Assembly: GCA_043228905.1 (NCBI GenBank)
Contig: JBHGNT010000021.1
Location: 4,650,001-4,714,000 of the forward strand
DNA: 64,000 bases
Origin: Azolla caroliniana
Taxonomy: Eukaryota > Plantae > Polypodiophyta
Direction of reading: 5' to 3'
The notes beneath the pieces are model-generated. The model ran no database searches and was not told where the DNA came from. It saw nothing but the letters and a program-made list of their open reading frames with translations. Numbering within the stretch: position 1 is the stretch's first letter; each line of letters starts with the position of its first letter. Both the position numbers and the translations under genes were made by a program. Below, one piece after another: positions 1 to 10,941 of the stretch.

Positions 1-25
1 CATAGGGCACCGGTTCACCGACATA

Positions 26-2824
26 ATGCTACGGGAGCTCAAGGTCGGTGGGGACGGTTTTCTACTACCGGCGGAGGAGGACCGGTTTCGGAGGATGCTC
101 GGGAGGCACGGGAAGGCTTTCGCATTCTCACCGGAGGAGATCAGGTGCGTAGACCCGACAATTGTCGAACCGATGGTGATCTTCACGGCACGACATGTAC
201 CGTGGAATCTCAAGCCGATTCCGGTACCGAGAGCTCACATCCCGAAGTTGATGGAGCTCCTGAAGCAAAAGGTGGAGATGGGCATCCTCGAACCATCGAG
301 TGCCCCGTATTCGAATCGGTGGTTTAAGGTGCCGAAGAAGAACAGCACGTTGCACTTCATTCAGGACCTACAACCGGTCAACAAGGTGACCATCCGTAAT
401 GCAGGGATCAGACCGACCATAGACGAGTTCGCGGAGGCCTTCGCTGGAAGGTTGATCTATTCTGTTGGTGATTTGTACTCGGGGTTCAATCAGTTCCAAC
501 TAGCCATGGAAAGCAGAGACATTACGACGATGCGGACTCCTCTCGGCCTAATGCGGATGTGTACCTTGCCACAAGGAGGGACGAACTCAGTGGCTCACAT
601 GGTGAATGCGATGAACAAAGTGCTCAGGGATTGTATCCCGGACATCACCATGCCATTCTTGGACGACATCCCGATCAGGGGATGCCCGGTGGAGAAAAGG
701 GACGAGGCAATCGGGCCGGACGGATGTCGGAACTTCGTGGCGTCCCACATCGATGACTGCGAGAAGGTGATGCGGAGACTAGAACGCGCAAGGCTCACCT
801 TCTCTGAGGAAAAGTCGGCCTTCGGACAGTCGGAGATCTTGGTGGTCGGACACCTGTGTGGGCGTTATGGTAAGAAACCGTCTTTGGCAAAGGTAGAGGC
901 CATCTCCGCGATGAGGAACAATTGCGGGTCGGTCACGGAGGTCCGTAGATTCTTGGTGGCATGCGCGTTCTACCACATCTGGATCCCGCACTACGCACAT
1001 GTCGCGGAACCCCTCTACGGACTATTGAAAAAGGGGCATAGCTTTGAGTGGAGGACGGAGCACACGGAGTCGGTTCGGAGACTAAAGGAGGCGCTTACGA
1101 CAGCGCCGGGTCTCCGTAAAGCGGTTTACGGCAAGGATGTTCCCATCTGCGTAACGGTGGACACCAGACCGATCGGGATCGGGTGGGTAATCAGTCAGGA
1201 GGACAAGGGCGGCGTACGATTCCCGATCCGGTTCAGGGCAAAGTTATTGAGCGAGTGACAGCGAGGGTACACCCAAGTTAAGCGCGAACTTTGGGGTGTC
1301 GTTTCGGCAGTCAAGGCCGACAAGGATTATCTGATCGGGACAAAGGTGATCATCGAGACGGACTGCCTGCCGATACTCGGCATGGTTTCCGGATGCGCGA
1401 CGCCGGACCTAGCAATGCTCCAATGGATAGCGTACATTAAGTCCCTGAACCCGGAGATACGACACATCTCCGGAAAGGACAATGCCATGGCCGACATGCT
1501 TTCGAGGGCAAGGTTCAACGACGAAGACGGCATGGTTTCGGATGACGAAGAAGTCGGCGAGGACTTCTTCGGGTCAGCTAACGTAGCGACGGGGAAAGGG
1601 AACACTCCGGAGCTTAGCGAATTTGACGAAAGCAGATACGACGGGGAGTGGCTCCAAATCGGGAGGTTCCTACGGACGATGACGCCGGACGCAGCATGGG
1701 CGAGAGAGGAGGCGAGCCGGATACAGACGAAGGCGTACCGATTCTTCCTGCGGGACGGGTGCATATGGAGGCACCCAAAGAAGAGAAGTGGCATTCCACT
1801 CCGAGTAGTGGCAAAGAAAGAAGAACAGGGGAAACTACTGGCTGCATTTCACGTGAGCCCCTGGGCCGGACACAACGGAATGTGGGCCACTTTTGGGAAG
1901 CTGAAGGAGAAGTACTGGTGGCCGGGGCTGTACCAGGATGTGCATCGGTTCGTAACGACTTGCAAAAGCTGTCAGATGCACTCCATAGTCCGACACCGGG
2001 ACGAGCTACACCCGACCTACCCTCCTACGGTCCATTTCAAGTGGATGGTGGACTTGGTGACGATGCCGATGGGGGTAGGACAAATGCGATACCTGGTGCT
2101 TGCACGGGAAGACTTAACGAACCAGGTGGAAGGCCTTGCACTGCAAAGCAAGACAACCGCGGCGGTATGCCGGTTCCTGATCGAAGAAGTAGTGTGTCGG
2201 TACAGGTGCGTCGGGAGGATCGTGGCGGACCGGGGAGAGCTGGATGTGCGGGAGGCCGAGGAGCTGTTCGACCGGCTAGGCGTCAAACTCTCCCTCACCA
2301 CGGCGTACAATCCGGAGCGAACGGAAAGGTGGAACGTGGGCACGGACCGATTGTAAAGGCGTTGGTGCGTGCATGTGGTGGGCAGGTCGGGAATTGGCCG
2401 CGACTCCTTCCTTACGCACTATGGGCGGACCGAACTACACACAGTTCGGTGACAGGGTTTACGCCGGCGGAGCTAATGTACGGACAAAAGCCGATCATGC
2501 CGGTGGAGCGGACGGTTTCTTCGTGGGCGGTGGTAGATTGGAAGGACGAAATGAGCCGGGAGGAGTTGTTGGCGGCGCGGATTCGGCAACTCGAGCAGAG
2601 GCCGGAGGACGTGATACAGGCGAAGGAAAGGCTGCGAGCGGCAAGGGAGTCGAACAAGATCCGGTTCAACCGGACGCACCGATTGCGACCAAAGAAGATC
2701 AAGGAAGGCGACTGGGTCTTGGTATACGACAGCAGCCTCGATAATCAGCACAAGGCGGTGTGAAAGTTTGCTAAGAGATGGTTCGGGCCCTACATGGTGA
2801 TGAGCGCGAACGACAACGGCACGT
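26..2824 (+). pseudogene. pol: Ty3 pol (RT-RNaseH-integrase) of element A; stops at 1256 and 2761, frameshift near 2320; C-terminus continues at 8650-8810
   Basis: ORFs 26..1258, 1346..2356 and 1648..2763 carry DLYSGF, LPQG, FLDD, TDCLP, HHCC (H..GH..C..C) and DRG motifs. The reading DNGT|YHLAEL is restored when element B is removed. Confidence 0.92.
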
Positions 2825-3511
2825 TGTCGCGTTGTTACGCGCGTGCGTGGAGAAGGGCGGAACCACGGGGGTCTTGGACTAAGGAGAAGGGGAGAAGGAA
2901 TAGGACTTCGGAATGGAGCTTAGCACAAGAAGAGAAAGAATGAACAAGAGGAAGATGGAGGCCAAATGCTCAACAATATATATTAGAACCGAAAACCGAT
3001 TACAAAATGGCGGCCGCGTAGGCCGCACCAAACGACTATGATAAACCCAAAACCCTAATCCGACGAAGAAGGAAAGAAACCCTAACTAAGGAACCCGAAA
3101 CCCTAAAACGAAATGGTATACCTCACTCACACTCAAAATAAGGCAACCCCCACAATGGTGCTCTTCCTCTCCCTTTATAGCACAAGGAGGGAAGGCCGTT
3201 ACATAAAGGTGCTACAAAATATCCCCCTTTCAATCAATGGGGATATTTCCCTTGATTTTAGGGGAGGTGGGAAGGATGGGTCTTAACTCCCACCTCTACA
3301 CGAACTACTATGTACCTATCTCTCTCTCTCACGTGGATGTGCGCGCAAAAGCACATCACCTTTACACTTTACAAATCCTAAGGTGCATTTCTAGCACCAC
3401 ACTTATCACTATCGACAAATAGAAATACAACATCTTGATGTGCAACGTTGCACATCGCGGGTTTGCTTACTTCGCTCGGTTTTCCGCCTATGGACGAAAA
3501 TCTTCACGACA
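2825..3511 (-). repeat. 3' LTR of element B (687 bp)
   Basis: Direct repeat of 7959-8645; TATA (tttatag on +) at ~3174; three AAACCCTAA telo-boxes. Confidence 0.95.
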
Positions 3512-6500
3512 TCCGCCCCCACCTAACCGCACATCCACCGGTATGTGCCAAAAGGGGAACAAAACGCGAGATTTTCGGCCAAGGCGGCCAACCGAGCCCT
3601 TGACAACCTCGTGGGCTTGCCCGGCTTTGTCTTCCGCTTCGAGCAAGTCCACCCCGTCCACACGAACCACCGTCGCCTTCCGGCCCACCATCTCCACCGA
3701 ATGGTCTCGAACCGTCGGCTCCATCCGATCCGCCACACTTGACAACGTTCGCCGAGTCGTTGCCTCCACCCGATCCGCCACGTCCATCGTGATTCTTTGA
3801 ACCACCGTCTACATCCGGACCGCCGTTTCCGATGCCCGCGCCTTCTTCCCCGATCGGTCCTCCCGAACGCCGTTGCCGACCCGGTTGCTCTTCTTTTGTC
3901 CGCCTCGTATAGCCTCCGGATGCTCTCCCGATCTCTCCGGTTGCACGCCGGATTCCGCCTTTCCCGTGCTTGCCGTGCTCTCTCGCCGTAGAGCATACCA
4001 TCGTTCCCGTGCTCGTTGCTTGGCCCTCATGCGGCCGCATTGCACGTTTCGCATTCCGCTCCTCTTCGCGTACCCTTTCGGAAAGGTACCTTTCTTCCCC
4101 GACCTCCGTTTCGCTCGGAGGAACACCCTCTTGGCCCTCTTGGTCCGCTCGACCGCACACATCCTTCGTGATGTCGTGTTCGTTCTTTTGGGCGCATACA
4201 TCTTCGTTCTCCGCGACCTCCCGTATGCCTCTCTCGGTGCCTTCATCCGTTGTGGCCTTCGTCCCCTCGCCGCCACCGTCCGCCACTCTTGGTCTCACGT
4301 CGGCACTCGCGCCGACCGCCGGAGTCTCTATAGCCGGTGTGGAGGATCCCTCTCGGGCCTTATCTTCGTGGCCGCCGGTCTTAGCCTCTCCGTAGGCCAC
4401 CTCTTCCCACCAATCTTCCCTAGCATCGTGCCAGGTCTTGTCGTCGCCGCCTTCCTCCTCGTATTCGCCTCTCGAAGGCGTGATCCGACCGTCATCTTCG
4501 GTCGCTCGATGTGGCTCCTTCGTAGGCATGCTTGTGTCTTGGCCCTCCATCGGCCGTATTGCATGCATCTCGTCTCGCTCTTCCGCCGTAGATCCGACCT
4601 CCGTGTCGGTCTTCTCCTCCTTTGTCGCCGTAGCCCGTTCCGACGCGGGCTCGCCGTCTTGGACCCACCCGTCCACTATCTCGTACCGGATATCCGTTCC
4701 GGTAACCTCGTACGCTCCGGCCTCCGACTCCTCGCCGCCACCCGCCGTCTCTCCGGTCTTATGTTGATCCGCAACCGCCGTAGTCTCTTGAGTGGGTATG
4801 GAGGGTCTCGTTTGTTTCCGTTTTTCCCCCGAACCATGGTCGTCGTGCCCGGTTAGCCTCCATCTCGCGCTTACCGGCTCCCATCGTAACCGTAACCGCA
4901 ACCGTAACCGGCCAATCGGTCTAGCCGGCTTCCTTCGGTTTGGGCCCGGTTCGCCGGCCCTTACTCTCTTCCTCTTCCGTGCCGTATTCCGGTCGGGTCG
5001 GTTCCCGACTCTCTCCTCGTTTCCGCTCCGGTCCTCTCCGTCGGACCCACCGTATACGCCCATTCCGGGCCCCGCATACTCGTCTTCGTATGCGCTCTCT
5101 CCGGGCCTCACCTTCTCACGGTCACCGCCCATCTCTCCGGTCTCACGTTGGCATTCGAGCGCAACCGCCGAAGTCTCCGGCCCCGGTGTCAAGGGGTCTT
5201 GCCTCCGTCCGCTCCAATCTTCCTTCTCGTTTCCGTTGCCCGCCTTGCCGCCGTCACCTCCCGTCGCACTAAGCCTTATGCCGGCACTCGGTCCGGCCAT
5301 TGGAGCCTCTAGGATTGGTGTGGGTAAGGACCCGGCACCGCCGCTTGTTGTCTCCGTAGCCGCTTTCGTTCGGACGTCGTTGTCCGCGGCTCCCCCATCT
5401 CCGATTCCGTAAGCCTCTAGTATGCTTGCCACCACCTCTTCTTCGCCGTTCTCCGCGTCATTTTGTTTGCCCGCCTTGCCGCCACCACCGCCCGTCGTTC
5501 TAGGTCTCGTGCCGGCACTCGGGCCGACCGCCGAAGCCTCTAGGGCCGGTGTGTGGAAGGTCGCGGCACCACCGCTCGCCTCCTCTCCGCTCGATGTTTT
5601 GGGCCGCCGTGCCCCGAATCTTCCGCCCACTTTCGAAGTGGCGCTCTCCGCTTTGTAGTCACCGGCCTCATCCTTGGCCGTCCATTCGCCGCAAGACGAG
5701 AGGGTTGCTCGCTCCGCACCCTCTCCCATGTCGTCGTCGTTTCGGTTGCCCCCCTTGCCGCCGCCACCGTCCGTCACTCTAGGCCTTTCGCCGGCTCTCG
5801 GGCCGGGTGCCGGAGTCTCTAGGACCGGTGTGTGGAAGGTCGCGACACCACCACTCCTCTCGTCCGTAGCCACCTCCATTCGGACATCGTCGTCCGTGGC
5901 TACCCCGTCTTCGGTTTCGCAAGCATCGAGTATGCTTGCCGCCGCCTCTTCTTCGCCGGTCTCGTCCTCATTTCGGTTGTCCGCCTTGCCGCCGCCACCG
6001 TCCGTAGCTCTAGGTCTCGTGCCGGCACTCGGGCCGACCGCCGAAGCCTCTAGGGCCGGTGTGTGGAAGGTCGCGACACCACCACTCCTCTCGTCCGTAG
6101 CCACCTCCATTCGGACATCGTCGTCCGTGGCTACCCCGTCTTCGGTTTCGCAAGCATCGAGTATGCTTGCCGCCGCCTCTTCTTCGCCGGTCTCGTCCTC
6201 ATTTCGGTTGTCCGCCTTGCCGCCGCCACCGTCCGTAGCTCTAGGTCTCGTGCCGGCACTCGGGCCGACCGCCGAAGCCTCTAGGGCCGGTGTGTGGAAG
6301 GTCGCGACACCGACGCTCGTCTCCTCTTCCTCCTCCATTTCGCAAGCCTCGAGTATGCTCGCGAAATCCTCGTAGAACGTTTCGTGCAACCGCGTCCCGA
6401 AACTTCCGCCCACTCTCGAAGTGGCGTCCATCGCTCCGTAGATATCGGCCTCGTCCATGGCCGTTCTTTTTCCCCGAGATGAGAGGGTCGCTTGCTCCGC

Positions 6501-7916
6501 ACCTTCTCTCATGTCGACGCCGTGGTCGCCCGCCTTGCCACCGCCACCGCCTTTCACCATAGGTCTTACGCGGGCACTCGGGCCGGCCGCCGTGATCTCT
6601 AGGAATGACGCGTGTAAGGTCGCGGGACCGCCGCTCGTCGATGTAATGTCCGTAGCTACCTCCGCTCGGACGTCGTTGTCCGTGGCTACCCCGCCTCCGT
6701 ATATGCAAGCATCGGTTATGCTTGCCGCCGCCTCTTCCGCGGTCTCCTTACCGTTGTCTCGGTTGCCCGCCTTGCCGCCACCACCGTTCTTCTCCCTCGG
6801 TCTCACGCGGGCGCTCGGGCCGGCCGCCGTGGTCTCTTGAACCGGTGCGTGGAAGGTTGCGGTACCGCCGCTTGTCTCCTCCGTACTCGATGATTCGGGC
6901 CACCGTGTCCCGAATCCGCCATGTCCGCTCGAATAGGCGATCGCCGCCTCACCGTCCCCGACCTCGTCCCCGGTCGTTCTTTTCCCCCATGTCGAGAGGG
7001 CGGTTCGCTCCGCACCCTCTCCCGTGGTACCGATGTACCATTCTCTTTCGGCCTCCGCATAGGCCCCGTCCTCCATGTGTGAGGAAGCTCCTTCCTCCGC
7101 GTCCTCCGATCCGCTCGGGCCCGACCCCGCAATAAGCCATTCTTCGGCTTCGATTTTCGCCATTACGAGCCCGCACGCCTCCCGTATTAGCGCTTGTAGG
7201 TCGAGCCCCTCCAAACCGGTTCGCGATGAGCTCTCGTCCGGCGGCATGGCGTAGTCGGTCGTCGCTCTCTCTTCTCCCCCGCTCGCGGGCCGTGTTGTGG
7301 CCGACCGCCTCGCCTCATGTTGCCGACACACCCATTCCACTTCGGGCCACTCCTCGGTGAGACCATGCGCCCCATAATCGTCTTGAAGCTCGAACATGAT
7401 GTCCGTCCTCTCCTCATGATGGACCGTCTCCAAAAATAGGAGGACTTTGTCCGCCCCCACCGATCTTCGTTCCCACTCCGAGAGTTGAGAGAAACGACGC
7501 TCGAACTCTCGGAATGCCTCTATTGCGCTCCGATGGCGCCTCGCCGACGCCACCCACCGATCGAACTCTCGCCGACCTCTTACCTCCGATTCCGCGCACT
7601 CGTATGCCTCCATTAGAGCCCCTTCAAAGGACTCCCACGATTCGTGAGCTTCTTGGAGCTCCTTGACCTCCTCGTACTTTGATGCGGCCGCCGCTCGACG
7701 AAAGAACTCTAGCCTCGTCGCCTCGTCCACGCCCATCCTCGTCATTTCCGCATCGTAGGCTCTCAAAAATTTTGGGACCTCCTTCCCATCGAACCGGCCG
7801 ACTAGACGGACCACCCTTTCGACCGCTTGTTGAGCCGCCTCTCGCCTCGCCCTCTTCCGTCCGGCGTCCATCAAGATCTTTGTCATCATTTCCTCGAAGT
7901 CGAAGCCTTCCTCCAT
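3504..7916 (-). CDS. gag: 1470-aa ORF: gag-like N-terminal ~200 aa followed by a long acidic Gly/Ala/Thr/Glu-rich repetitive region
   Basis: The N-terminus (VGRFDGKEVPKFLRAY...WESFEGAL...FERRFSQL...DKVLLF...GLTEEW) matches gag remnants at 48190-48765 and 54344-54880. The ORF starts just after the PBS and stops inside the 3' LTR. Confidence 0.75.
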   Translation of the reverse strand: MEEGFDFEEMMTKILMDAGRKRARREAAQQAVERVVRLVGRFDGKEVPKFLRAYDAEMTRMGVDEATRLEFFRRAAAASKYEEVKELQEAHESWESFEGALMEAYECAESEVRGRREFDRWVASARRHRSAIEAFREFERRFSQLSEWERRSVGADKVLLFLETVHHEERTDIMFELQDDYGAHGLTEEWPEVEWVCRQHEARRSATTRPASGGEERATTDYAMPPDESSSRTGLEGLDLQALIREACGLVMAKIEAEEWLIAGSGPSGSEDAEEGASSHMEDGAYAEAEREWYIGTTGEGAERTALSTWGKRTTGDEVGDGEAAIAYSSGHGGFGTRWPESSSTEETSGGTATFHAPVQETTAAGPSARVRPREKNGGGGKAGNRDNGKETAEEAAASITDACIYGGGVATDNDVRAEVATDITSTSGGPATLHASFLEITAAGPSARVRPMVKGGGGGKAGDHGVDMREGAEQATLSSRGKRTAMDEADIYGAMDATSRVGGSFGTRLHETFYEDFASILEACEMEEEEETSVGVATFHTPALEASAVGPSAGTRPRATDGGGGKADNRNEDETGEEEAAASILDACETEDGVATDDDVRMEVATDERSGGVATFHTPALEASAVGPSAGTRPRATDGGGGKADNRNEDETGEEEAAASILDACETEDGVATDDDVRMEVATDERSGGVATFHTPVLETPAPGPRAGERPRVTDGGGGKGGNRNDDDMGEGAERATLSSCGEWTAKDEAGDYKAESATSKVGGRFGARRPKTSSGEEASGGAATFHTPALEASAVGPSAGTRPRTTGGGGGKAGKQNDAENGEEEVVASILEAYGIGDGGAADNDVRTKAATETTSGGAGSLPTPILEAPMAGPSAGIRLSATGGDGGKAGNGNEKEDWSGRRQDPLTPGPETSAVALECQRETGEMGGDREKVRPGESAYEDEYAGPGMGVYGGSDGEDRSGNEERVGNRPDRNTARKRKRVRAGEPGPNRRKPARPIGRLRLRLRLRWEPVSARWRLTGHDDHGSGEKRKQTRPSIPTQETTAVADQHKTGETAGGGEESEAGAYEVTGTDIRYEIVDGWVQDGEPASERATATKEEKTDTEVGSTAEERDEMHAIRPMEGQDTSMPTKEPHRATEDDGRITPSRGEYEEEGGDDKTWHDAREDWWEEVAYGEAKTGGHEDKAREGSSTPAIETPAVGASADVRPRVADGGGEGTKATTDEGTERGIREVAENEDVCAQKNEHDITKDVCGRADQEGQEGVPPSETEVGEERYLSERVREEERNAKRAMRPHEGQATSTGTMVCSTAREHGKHGKGGIRRATGEIGRASGGYTRRTKEEQPGRQRRSGGPIGEEGAGIGNGGPDVDGGSKNHDGRGGSGGGNDSANVVKCGGSDGADGSRPFGGDGGPEGDGGSCGRGGLARSGRQSRASPRGCQGLGWPPWPKISRFVPLLAHTGGCAVRWGRMS
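5820..6310 (-). repeat. 231-bp (77-aa) near-perfect tandem duplication within the element B ORF, plus diverged copies between ~4250 and 6870
   Basis: The peptide ATFHTPALEASAVGPSAGTRPRATDGGGGKA... is repeated; + strand ORFs 5832..6053 and 6063..6284 are identical. Confidence 0.9.
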
Positions 7917-7936
7917 CTCTTTCTCCCTTGCCGCCT

Positions 7937-7954
7937 TTCACGTCGGGTTCACCA
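7937..7954 (-). promoter_or_regulatory. Primer-binding site complementary to the 3' end of tRNA-Trp
   Basis: The - strand reads TGGTGAACCCGACGTGAA, 4 nt after the LTR; plant tRNA-Trp ends TTCACGTCGGGTTCACCA. Confidence 0.85.
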
Positions 7955-7958
7955 AAGA

Positions 7959-8645
7959 TGTCGCGTTGTTACGCGCGTGCGTGGAGAAGGGCGGAACCAC
8001 GGGGGTCTTGGACTAAGGAGAAGGGGAGAAGGAATAGGACTTCGGAATGGAGCTTAGCACAAGAAGAGAAAGAATGAACAAGAGGAAGATGGAGGCCAAA
8101 TGCTCAACAATATATATTAGAACCGAAAACCGATTACAAAATGGCGGCCGCGTAGGCCGCACCAAACGACTATGATAAACCCAAAACCCTAATCCGACGA
8201 AGAAGGAAAGAAACCCTAACTAAGGAACCCGAAACCCTAAAACGAAATGGTATACCTCACTCACACTCAAAATAAGGCAACCCCCACAATGGTGCTCTTC
8301 CTCTCCCTTTATAGCACAAGGAGGGAAGGCCGTTACATAAAGGTGCTACAAAATATCCCCCTTTCAATCAATGGGGATATTTCCCTTGATTTTAGGGGAG
8401 GTGGGAAGGATGGGTCTTAACTCCCACCTCTACACGAACTACTATGTACCTATCTCTCTCTCTCACGTGGATGTGCGCGCAAAAGCACATCACCTTTACA
8501 CTTTACAAATCCTAAGGTGCATTTCTAGCACCACACTTATCACTATCGACAAATAGAAATACAACATCTTGATGTGCAACGTTGCACATCGCGGGTTTGC
8601 TTACTTCGCTCGGTTTTCCGCCTATGGACGAAAATCTTCACGACA
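7959..8645 (-). repeat. 5' LTR of element B (687 bp)
   Basis: Direct repeat of 2825-3511; followed by the PBS on the - strand. Confidence 0.95.
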
Positions 8646-10734
8646 ACGTACCACCTCGCGGAACTCTACGGGACATGGTTAGCAGTGCCGGTGGCCGGAA
8701 AGCGGATCAAAGCATTCAAAAAGCGGTTCGAAGACGAGCCGGAGTCTACGAGCCGGAGCGACAACGACGATCAGTTCGGGTCCGACGGAGAATCGGAGAG
8801 CAACGAGTGAGGCCGGGTTTCTTCGATATCTACCCATCTCTGGCGCATACCGGTGGATGCGCGGTTTGGTGGGGGTGGATGTCGTGAAGAAAACTGGCCA
8901 TAGGCGGAATCGGAGAGAAAGCGCATAAACCGGCCCTTACACTGATGGACGCGTGACTTGGTATTTTGTACACGAATCGGTGGAGATAAATACTAAGCCG
9001 CACACATTTAGTAGGGGCGGTGTTACCTCGTACGAGATGTACGGAGAGTCAAGTGTGATGAGTGAGGGTCGAATGTTATCCTGATGTTGTGTATGTGTAG
9101 GGGGTATAAATGTAGTTGTGAGTCTATACGTATGTGAACACATGCACACGTGTGTGCACGTGGATGGATACGAGGAGGTATGAGTGACTGTCCAATATGA
9201 ATGCTCAATGGGGCTTACACCCCTATGTATCTACCCCCTTTTGTACTATTTAACCTCTTATGGGGAATGAATGAAATATGAATAACCATTTCTCTCTCAA
9301 TCTCTCTCTCTCTCTCATCATCTCTCTCTCTCTTCCCTCTCCTTAACGTTGAACCCCCTTGGGAGGGGGGTGGAGCCATTCTAGGCACCACCCCCCACCC
9401 CACAATGCTTCTCAATGCACATGATCTCTCTAACCATCAATCCCATACTCTCCATCATCATCATAACCACCATGTCTATCTTTATCATGATTATCATCGT
9501 CCTTAACCCTGACCCTAAAATCATATAACACCTTTTGGCGACCACTAAGGCGACCCCCCTTTGGAGACGGAGTCCAAGAATGATACGCGGCGATGCAAGA
9601 AAAGTGACAAATGATGGCGATGATGTGCAAGAATTGACAATATGTACAAGTGAGTGAGAAATTGAAGATTGACAATGTATTCATCACAAAACGAGGAATC
9701 GATGAATCGACAAAGAAGTGTTCAACATCCCTAATCCATGTTTAGTTATAAGCAGAGACAAATATATCCTCTGATGTGTGTTAAAGTAGAGACAAATTTG
9801 TCAACAGTTTACAAGTTAAAGCACAAATGTGTCTCCTCATTATCACCATTTCAATCATCATCATCCTCATATCCACCTAGATCATTCTTAACGAAGAGGG
9901 AGAAGATGATGATCATGATGAAGGCGAATATGAACATGAAATGTTGCACGTGGTTCAGGCAATTATGCTTGGTTGACAAAGACAGTGAAGGACGAAGAAA
10001 TAAACCCACAACCAAATAGAGATGTCAATTGAAGGGCCCGAAAGAAAGTAATGGTCGTACGGCCAGAAGGACCGAATAGAGCCGAAGACAAAAACGGTTA
10101 GACACAACCGAACCACGGCCAAAACGGAGGCCGGAAGAATGCCCGGATAGTGATGATTGAATAGAGCGGCCATGCAACTGGAGGCTGGCCGGACAGGGCT
10201 GGTGATGACGAGAAAGGCGTTAGGAATGGTCACCACCAACCGACAACAGCCGGAGCGGAGCGGTCGGAATGGTCGGATAACGGCTGAAGAGCGGCTGGAA
10301 TGGCCGAACAACGGCTAAAGAGTAGCCAGGCAACAGTCAGAACGGTTGGAGTGGCCGGATAGTGGCTGAACAACAGCCGGAGTAGCCGGACAAAGGAAAA
10401 AAACAGTCGGACAAGCGGCCAGACGAGAAGACACGGCGTCAGAGCGACAGCGGCCAGACCAATGGCGGGACAACAGACAATAGTGACAACCAGAACAGCC
10501 ATGAACAACGGCCGAAACAACAACAAAGACACTGCTAAACCATGGAGGTGTCAGAACCAAGGATAAAAGATAGAGTGATGGAAGAAGGATAGAGAAGAAT
10601 GGATGTAGAAGATAGAGAAAGAAAGAGAATGGATACAAGATATGTAATGAGAGCTAAAGACTGGTGTTGATTCGAATTGATTTGAGAATACATGTATGCG
10701 CTTATTTATAGGTTCCTATAGAATAGCTTAGAGA

Positions 10735-10800
10735 TTTCTAGAATGTTCTAGAATGTTCTAGACCTAGAATGCTCTAGGACATTGTAGAACATTCTAGAAT
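10735..10800. promoter_or_regulatory. Heat-shock-element array in U3 of the element D LTR (also 16353-16418)
   Basis: TTCtaGAAtgTTCtaGAAtgTTC (5 alternating nGAAn units) and GAAcaTTCtaGAA, just upstream of TATAAATA (- strand, 10703-10710). Confidence 0.7.
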
Positions 10801-10869
10801 AATCTAGAGTTTTTACAATAATCAATGTAATACAAGAAGTAGCTTTTATTGTTTCATATAACAATAAGC

Positions 10870-10935
10870 TATCTTAATGGTTGAGGTTTTCAAGTATGAA
10901 TTACAAGGTTCGAGGTTCAAGTCCGGGTGACGCCA
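10870..10935 (+). promoter_or_regulatory. tRNA-like Pol III cassette (A box + B box) in the element D LTR (also 16488-16553)
   Basis: A box TATCTTAATGG at 10870 and B box GGTTCAAGTCC at 10914 (44-nt offset, as in tRNA); ends ...GACGCCA. Confidence 0.7.
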
Positions 10936-10941
10936 TAATGG

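Larger units (their letters stand above)
2825..8645 (-). mobile_element. Element B: young non-autonomous, gag-only LTR retrotransposon with tRNA-Trp PBS and 4-bp TSD ACGT
   Basis: Two 687-bp LTRs (2825-3511, 7959-8645) that appear identical, TG...CA termini, ACGT at 2821-2824 and 8646-8649, PBS next to the right LTR, PPT next to the left LTR, no pol. Confidence 0.95.

Noticed and set aside
3873-7135. Many long + strand ORFs opposite the 1470-aa ORF
   Set aside because: Antisense shadows of GC-rich repetitive coding sequence.
10863-10935. Functional tRNA gene in the LTRs
   Set aside because: No acceptor-stem pairing and irregular anticodon arms; reported only as tRNA-like promoter cassettes.
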